Assembly (NCBI RefSeq): GCF_964204645.1
Contig: NC_134025.1
Coordinates: 27,012,299 to 27,076,298 of the forward strand
DNA from: Tubulanus polymorphus
Lineage: Eukaryota > Animalia > Nemertea
Length of the DNA stretch: 64,000 nt
Direction of reading: 5' to 3'
Position 1 is the first letter of the stretch. Each line of letters opens with the position of its first letter. The position numbers were made by a program, and so were the translations under genes. Below the pieces are notes generated by a model, which saw only the letters and a program-made list of their open reading frames with translations, had not been told where the DNA came from and ran no database searches. Shown piece by piece: positions 55,701 to 64,000 of this stretch.

Positions 55701-58700
55701 GAAACTAGAATTTTTCGATGAATTCATAAGAATTTAATCATCAGCGAATACTCATACCACTAGGTCTTGAATTATACCCGTGAATTGTCAAACCTTTGAA
55801 CGGCATCAATGTATATTTTCATCTACGATCTATTTGGTAGAAACCCTTTATTCAACACAGTTGTTTCTACACGCCTAACCTTTTTCGCTATTCAATACCA
55901 CGCAGAATTCTTTTTGTCTCATGAGTTATTTTTGGAAAACATCGTGAAAGTCCGCTTTCGGTATGTGTTTTTTAGCCTGTTGGCCTTATAGATCTTTGAA
56001 CCGAATTTTCTTTGAATATTGGCTGGTCACACATGTACTCTTGTGGTGAGACAGATGGGCTGGTCACTCGTGTGCATATCCGCACTTGTTACCGGTTATG
56101 TCAGCGTTAAGCTCCAGCGGCTCTCATTAACCAACATCAAAGACACCGCCGATTAATTTTGACAATAAATTTGAGATCAGCTGGTACAACTTTTATGGTC
56201 AATTCATTGTCTGAACTCATACAATATGTAATCTATAGCGACGGAAATTTCAGCAATCTACCACACGCACCTCTGCTGGTCAGAGAAAAGTTCAAGCGAT
56301 ATTATTGCCATTTTATGACTCCGTCGGACTTTATCTAGTAGCCGTTGGTCGTAATCGTATTCATTTATATTTGGAGACTAATGAAAAAATCAGGTTTATT
56401 GAGTTCATTTGCAGCAATAAACATATTAAAAACGCACCAAATAACCGATTAATTCAATTCAAGGTGGCTCTTTTTTCATAAATCTTAATGCGATGGCTAT
56501 TTTTGGTTTTCTCACACATTCCTGTTGATTTCAGTTCAACGTCGAGAGTGCCGTCGTCTAGACAATGAGTAGCGATTGAAAAGTGTTTCTGGCAATTCTA
56601 ACGAAAATCTGTCGCCGAAAATAAATTCAAACTTTTTTTAACTAGAACAAGCATAGCATTCATTGACCACACAAGTGGTAACTATTCGTCAGTTTTTGAT
56701 AGTTGATTTTGCAAGAATTTAACATAGTTACGTGATTACCTGAATGGCGGCTTGTAACTGAGATAGATATTCATCTACAGACACTGACAGGTCTCTTTGC
56801 ACGTGATGGATGATATATTATTATGATATTCCCATGTTAAAGAAAACCAGTTTTTCAAATATTTTCCATTCAAAGAGATCGCGTATATTGACTAACTGTG
56901 CTTTGATCTGATTAGATGTCAAATGTAATAGTCTACCAAAATGCACCATGACCGTAACCCGTAGCAACAATTTTTTTCATTTATTTGTCAAACACGACCA
57001 TGACGGGATGTGATATAATATTGGATATATCATTGCTTGATGTTCTTGGCAGATAACTTCAAAGAATTCGTCCTTAATTGTAATCTGTTGTTATACCAGT
57101 TCCCATGTTAGAGATGTAAAAAGAATATCCGGATTTTCGTTCTCTGAATTTGCAATTGTTCTCACAGCATATTTTTGAAATATCCCTCTATTTCTGTCTG
57201 TGTAGACCACGCATATAATCATGCATATCCTAGATTCTACAACTTATTTGTTAAGATAAGTGGCTTCTGATGGATATATGGTCAACAATTCCGTAGGGCT
57301 TTACGGAGAACGGTGTAAGTCAATTTGCTTAGATTGGGTTTGAACTATCACGTAGGAAACCCAGGATCGCCTGTTGTCACGGTGATTGCTGCAATGGTAC
57401 ATTACGTGAGATTATGGGCTTCCGAACCGCAATTTCATAAATGCTTGGTTACTCAACTAGAAAAAAGACATTTTCCACGTGAATCTTCAGTTCTCTTTGA
57501 GGCCGTTTTTATCATGAATTGAAATGTCGTCGTCACTAGATGTTAGATTTTAGCTTTTTTTGTCTCGCGCTGCGGGAAATATGGAGAAAGATCTATCATT
57601 TTACATCTTCCATTCTCTCACGTGGATGTAGAAGCCATCCGCTTCTTCTATTCTACGAGATAAAAAGTCATCATATTGCATCTCATCCCAGAAGGCATAA
57701 CTAATAATTGGCGCTTGTTTGTGTAGTTTCGGCCATCACGTCTCCCTAAGGGTCTCCCGAGTAGTTTGCATATGCGCTGCTTCGATGTGAACATTTTTAG
57801 GCCGATGCCGAAGAGAAAACACGATAACGGTCTTGATCGCGTCTGCTGTGTTATTGATTTCTTGTCAATGATGTTGCTCGTGATTGGATTCCTCTCATAC
57901 TGTATCAGATCTTTAATTCACTAACACTTCTAATTAAATCGCCGATACGGACACATCTTGTGAAGATGTTGTCCGAATTAATCTACTACAGCCCGTATTG
58001 TAAACTGACCGGAATGTCTTTACGTGTCGGTGAAATGACTCTATGAAATTAATCAACTGTAACCTTCTCAGCCCGGGAATCTATCAGATTTCATATCAAC
58101 ACTTTGCTCGCACGAGGGACATGTCTCTTGATCAACTTTGAATTGATTTCATCTTAATTCGTGTTGTGGTTATCGACATTTGTTGTATCTTAGTCAATAT
58201 AACACCACAATATTTACTGAATGATGAACCTGTTGCTCAGTAGTGTAGTATCATCTTTTTTCAGTTTGATGTTCTTATTTTAAAGCAAAGTATTATTAAT
58301 TTTCGTATCATTTCAGAATGAAAACCGAGGAACAGTGGAAGGAATGTTATGTCTAACTGTAATCGGACTAGTCCTCATCGCTGTCAGGGTGATGTTCATG
58401 GGTCTGCATCCTCCCGAGTTCGCTCCAGCAGATAATCCCGCATCCGATTCAGCATCCGTATTAACGCGAACTTTGACTTACTGGTATCTTCCAGTCTTAA
58501 ACTTCTGGTTATTATTGTGTCCTTACGTACTGAGTTTTGATTGGTCGATGGAGGCAGTGCCGCTGCTAGAAACATTAACAGATTTGCGCAATTTGTGGAC
58601 GTTAGCTTTTTACAGTTTACTCGGATATTTCGCATTTTATGTAATTCAAACATTCCCAAATGCACATGACGCATGCGTTGCAACAAAAACTTTATACGTG

Positions 58701-61700
58701 AACGGAAACGGTTGTTCAAATGTCCACAGCAACAGCCAACCAACTAACAATTTGACCAGTCATAAAGAAAGACAGTATTCGTTGTTAAAACGCCGTAGAA
58801 GAGGATCATCAAGTAGCACGGAAAGTGTCGATGACTCGACGCCACAGACGTCAACGAACTTCCAACATCTACGTGTTTTGATTTTATCACTGTCTCTGAT
58901 GGTCTTCCCGTTTATTCCTGCTACGAACTTATTTTTCTACGTCGGATTCGTGATAGCCGAACGTGTATTATATATTCCCAGTATGGGCTTCTGTTTACTA
59001 GTCGCTGAAGGTGCTCACATTTTGTATGTACGTCATAAATCTGATCCACGCCAAAAAAGGCTGATTGTAGCTGCTGTAACAATACTGCTGACGATGTTTA
59101 GCATTCGAACTGTTTGTAGAAATCGTGATTGGGCGAATGAAGAGAACCTATATCATTCCGGAATCGCAGTCAATCCTGCTAAAGGTATGTATAGACAGTG
59201 GTTCCAGTTTCACTAAGAAATTTAGCTTAGAATATCATGATCAACTTTTTAAAGAAGTCGATGAAGCTACTTAGAAGAATGCTTATAGACTCTAGTCCAT
59301 GGCTTTAGGCTTTAACTTTTTTTTAAATATATCCAAACCCTAGTACGCAATCCTCTTGTAGGTTTCTGATGCGGGGGATTTAGGTCTTAAAAGTTACATG
59401 TACGATCCGACGCAGAAAAGAATAGATGGTATCTTAATATTCTTACCTTACTGCAGATAATATTTATCTGCAGCACACGTTCGTTCGAAAAAAAAAATGT
59501 CAGTTGTTTTGTTGTGGGTAAGCTAGCTGATGATCAGTCATTCAGCAGATGACGGGAGTTTCGGGCATTTACTTACCCCAGACTCGATTTGCATGATTGC
59601 CAGCTTCGTCGGGGAACATTTACGACTCCTGGATTCCATGAATACACAACGAGCACAATTACCTGATAATCGTATACCATTCTTTTGATGGCTAGTGGAC
59701 TGATGTTGTTAGCAGTATAAAAACTATGTCCGCTGTCATTTCCATCGGTATCGTGATACTGATGTCTGGACATTACTGCGACGCACCACAGTACGTGACC
59801 TAAAGAGATTTCCTCCGTCATGTATGTCGAGAGACGTTAAACAACTTGTTGCTATTGATAAAAAGCCATCTATCCGTTTTCTAGTAGCATTGCCGATACA
59901 AGATCCAACACTTTTACAATCATCTGTATGAGACTGAAATGAAAAAGATATATTTCGTCTTTTTCAGCCTGGGGAAACCTCGCTAATATATACAATTCAC
60001 AAGGCCGAGTAGAGGAGGCTGAATCCGCCTATAAAGCTGCACTCAGTTATAGGTCGAACATGGCTGATGTTCACTATAACCTGTAAGTACAGACAATCCA
60101 GTGACAGGAATCAGAAATCAGTGCAATGACAGTACTTGAGCTAAAAGAAGGAGGCACCGTGTTCTTCCCTTGTATAAGAAAGACAATACTCTCAATACCA
60201 TTTTGGCGATCGTTATCGGAGAGGAATGTTGAGTCACTAATCCATAGCGTAGCTAGTGCAGCAGCAGCTCCATGGAAATGGGATGTGTCTCTTGACAATA
60301 ATAAGACTTGCTATTACATTTATGGATATTAACCTTGAATGAGTTGAACTATGTATTTCGCAAATGATTAGTCAACTTGAGTGTCTAGTCACATAAAATT
60401 GTATTTCTATATTTTGTGCTAATAGAGGGATCCTGCTGCAGGAAAGAAAGCGTTATCAGGAGGCTGTGGAAAGTTACAAGCGTGCGATCCATTGTCGACC
60501 GAGATTAACCAGTAAGTGTTAAACCGAAAAGCTTATAAAACTCACTTATAACTTGGAAAATTCACATCAGTTTATGTATTTTTATTTCTAGTGGCTCATT
60601 TGAATCTTGGTATTGTGTACGGTATACTGGGTAAACTTGAAGAAGCCGAAGATGTTTACCGTCACTGCAGTACGATTGATACAACCGGATTGAAAGATCC
60701 CCGACTTCATGAAAGTACCAAGATCTCCGCTCTCTACAACCTAGCACGATTATTGACCGATAAGAATAGAAACGAGGTATACACTTCAAGTCTAGCTAAA
60801 TGCCAAAACGATAAAATAATCCCTCGTTCTTTATTCAACTTTGCCCTTGCTAGTCACAGTTTTGAGTGGCAGCGTTGATTACCAACTTCGTCGCTGCTGT
60901 GTACAAGTATTATCAAACGAGATTTGTTATCACAAAATGAAAAACGCGAATGTGATTGATGGATCATTACTGTGGACATCTCCGTTCATGGCGCAGGAAA
61001 ATAGAATTTCTACGTCTGAATGGGCGGCGACAAAACTCGAGGAAATTAACTGGAGACACGAAAGATTACATTCCTCATTGCTTGCAGTTTATTGGCTATT
61101 ATGATAAAGAGTCCCATTCAATAAAAGCGGGCAGCGATTTCCAAAGATTTCATTGGATTTCTATTGGAAATCCTTCAAGTCACTATGAATTTATTAGGTT
61201 TCGTCTCCAATTTTCAGGATGCGATTGAGATCTACCAAGATGCCATTAAACGAAGACCTAGTCATTACCAGCCGCAGAGTCTTTACAACATGTTAGGTAT
61301 GCTAATTTTCCGAATAAAAAAGTCAATGGATTTTATTGTAGGAAAAGAAAATCTTGATTTTGCTTGATACCAAGATTTGTTCTTGATTTTCTACTAAACT
61401 AATTGAACGTTTATCTGTATCAACAGGAGAAGCATATATGAAATTGAATAGGTTTGAAGAAGCGCGGCATTGGTATAAGGAAGCTCTAACCTCAAAACCC
61501 GATCACGTTCCAGCACATTTAACCATGGGAAAACTCATGCAGAAAATGGTAAATCTCGAATGATATATTCATTGAAATTGATACATTCTAGTCATTGCTA
61601 CATGACTCATTTTTATCACATTTTAGGGAAAAACGGCTGAGGCGAAAGCTTGGTTTGATAAAGCCTTGATACTCTCCCCTAACGACAGTAGCGTCTTTCA

Positions 61701-62370
61701 GCATTATGGTACGTTTCAGTTCCGTTGAACTTGTCATCCTTGACTGCTTTATTTGGCACAGATATCTGCTGAACTCCGGTTATTAATAGCTAACCATTGA
61801 TTTTTTGCTTGCATTTTAGCTCAGTATCTTGGAGAAACCGGTAAATTACAACAAGCTGCCATCTATTACCTCAAAGCTGCTAAACTCACTCCTGATGACT
61901 TTGAACTTGTTTGCAACACGGCAAACGCGTTAAGGTTCTTTTCGCATAATAGTGACTGATTTAATTACATATAAACAATGATCGATAGTAAAAGATATTT
62001 TTGTTTATCAACCATCAGGCAAATTGGTAGAAATAAAGAAGCAGAAGAACATTATAGGAGAGCAGTTAGATTAAAACCTGAGGTTTGTTTTTTTTCTAAT
62101 CATATCATGTAGGCCTACTTACGCTATACCAAACTGTTTATTACAATAATAGAACGGTAAACATGATGAACAAAACGTTTTCATTTTCATTTGAAATTAC
62201 AGGTTGCGACAGCTCACATGAATCTCGGAGCAATGCTTCACCTAAATCAAAAATATACCGAAGCTGAACAGAGCTACATCGCCGCTTTGAAATTAAAACC
62301 CGACGATACTATGACACAAACAAACCTTCGGAAACTTCGGAATCTCAGCAGATCTTTCGGGAAAAAATGA
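40799..62370 (+). CDS. TMTC2: Protein O-mannosyltransferase TMTC2 (transmembrane and TPR repeat-containing)
   Basis: Exons 40799-40884 (..LYMNTLTADFAYDDS), 51481-52111 (RAILKNQDLLPET..NDFWGTPLTHSGSHKSYRPL), 58317-59184 (FAPADNPA, SFDWSM, NLFFYVGFVIAERVLYIPSMG), 59968-60082, and TPR exons ~60426-60511, ~60592-60776, ~61218-61296, ~61427-61548, ~61627-61708, ~61820-61934, ~62019-62082, ~62203-62370. Confidence 0.94.
45909..46010. promoter_or_regulatory. Pair of RFX X-box-like motifs in TMTC2 intron 1
   Basis: gttttctatggcaac (~45909) and gttgtcatagcaac (~45997); a weaker gttgtcatggagat lies at 46551. Confidence 0.4.
46825..47002. repeat. Short dispersed direct repeat (~34 bp x2)
   Basis: ccaatattgatgacgcagtgcacatccactcacac versus ccaatattgatgacgtggtgcacatctttcacac. 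Confidence 0.7.
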
Positions 62371-64000
62371 ATCTCTCTCGAAGTATTATTGTTTTTTTAT
62401 ACATAACTGTCTCAAAATATCTCGCCAAAAGTCAACTGAAGTGGAAGAGGAACGTGGTGCGTGCAAAATGAATGCTCAACATTGGGGTGTCAATTATGAA
62501 TCTGCGAAATGCTTTGTGATCATTAAGATTTAAACACTGTACAATTATTTGTACTTTTCATGATGGAATCTCAATAAAGCATTGACAACTTTAAATGGTT
62601 AAGATGTTTTTTCATCAGCTGTTAAAACAACGGAGTTCGATAAATTTATTCACTTGTTATTTTTTTCACGTCTGGAAAACATTCCATTGGTTTAAGTTGT
62701 ATTGTTGTTTTGTTTGGTTTAGTGAAGGTAGAACATTTCAATTTGATAGAAATGTGAATTCTTTAAAATCATATAACAGCTAGAATTTTCAAGAATTTTG
62801 ATTCATTGCAATACCTAAAATTCACGTTCGATAAATGCGCTTATTTGTAGATTAAATTTTTAGAAAATTACAAGGAAATATTTTTCCTTGCAGATTTTGT
62901 AGCAACGTTTTTAGGCTTAAATAGGCTGTGTTCATGTTATGAAAAAATGCGTATAGAATCAAAATGACATATTGTGATTAAAGCTGTAATGAAATACAAT
63001 AAATGTTATATATTTATCTAGAAATAATGTCTTAGTCGTTTTTTTGTGTTTGATATAGACGATTTGACTACATGAGGACTCGTGGTAGGGTCTCGATGTC
63101 ATCGATGTCGAATCCTTGGCGGGCGTTTGGCGAAGTATAGACTCGCATCGTTGTCATCAATCCATTTATGGACTTGCGTCTCAAAAGTGGCAACAGGTTT
63201 CAGGAGAAATAATTCAACCCAACTACAGAAACCCCGGGGACTTATTCAAGCGCGAGTCTGACCCTTCGAAAGAGCAATTTCAGACAGGAAATAGCATTCA
63301 CAAGGGGTTCATAGGAATCTTAATCACAACCAGGAAATTGAGTGAATTAAAACGATGTAAATTTCTACACTTCTCACCAGCCCACCGGTTTGACGCCACG
63401 AGAAACTGTTACATGCTTGGCAAAAAACCCGAGCTGGACGTTTGGCCTAAAGTGAAGGTCTTCGGTTTATAAAGCTAGGTCTGATCCCATATCGCAGAGG
63501 ATTTCGCCGAGGATTTTTCCTTTTCTTTTGCTTCTGTTTCCTCGATAAGAATTGATTTATACTTTTTTTAAAATAATAATCCCGGCCCTGAAAGGCCCGG
63601 CGAATTTGGAAGCAGGAGAAAAATGCATTCAACAAAGGAACTGAAGCAAGCGCGTATGCAGCTGTTCGTCATCATATTTAAGGAAATCTGCCGGTCCTTT
63701 ATCCGTCGATGCCATTCCATGAGTCTGTTTGCGAGGCCTAGACTTTCCGTCCCGTTTGGTGTGAAAATCTTTGGGAGGAAAAATTTTTGGGAAGAAATAT
63801 TGACCCTGCATAGCGGACCAATATTGTCCACCCAAGCACCCCTATACAGGATAAAACCAGAGGCCAATCTCCGCCGTGTGCAGATCCGTGAATTAAAACG
63901 TCAGTCCGGTCCATTAGCCGGCAATATAGTCCGATCCATTAGTCCAAGAATCGCCAGGTGGCACTTTGGTCGATTCCGGAGCACAAAAACTAAAAAAAAT

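Noticed and set aside
41000-58200. Many 60-133 aa ORFs in TMTC2 introns 1-2 (e.g. 54511-54912)
   Set aside because: AT-rich, F/I/L-biased translations with no splice-consistent chain or recognisable family.

Overview
AT-rich, intron-containing animal genomic DNA, probably a spiralian/lophotrochozoan invertebrate (inferred from a SPILE-type TALE gene occurring together with CatSper). Gene order: MAPKBP1/WDR62-like WD40 gene (-, runs off the left edge) with an intronless TALE homeobox gene nested antisense in its intron 2; a 2.7-kb TIR-bounded non-autonomous transposon (9-bp TSD) carrying a 191-bp satellite, inserted between the divergent MAPKBP1 and ATP6V1D 5' ends; V-ATPase subunit D (+) with two duplicated alternative last exons; a near-intronless CatSper2 (-) head-to-head with importin alpha-2 (+) across a CCAAT/E2F/MYB/CHR-type promoter; R-Ras2 (+); TMTC2 (+, 12 coding exons); and an unexplained GC-richer tail. 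Exon boundaries and family calls were made by eye from recalled sequences, with no database searches, so coordinates may be off by a few bases.
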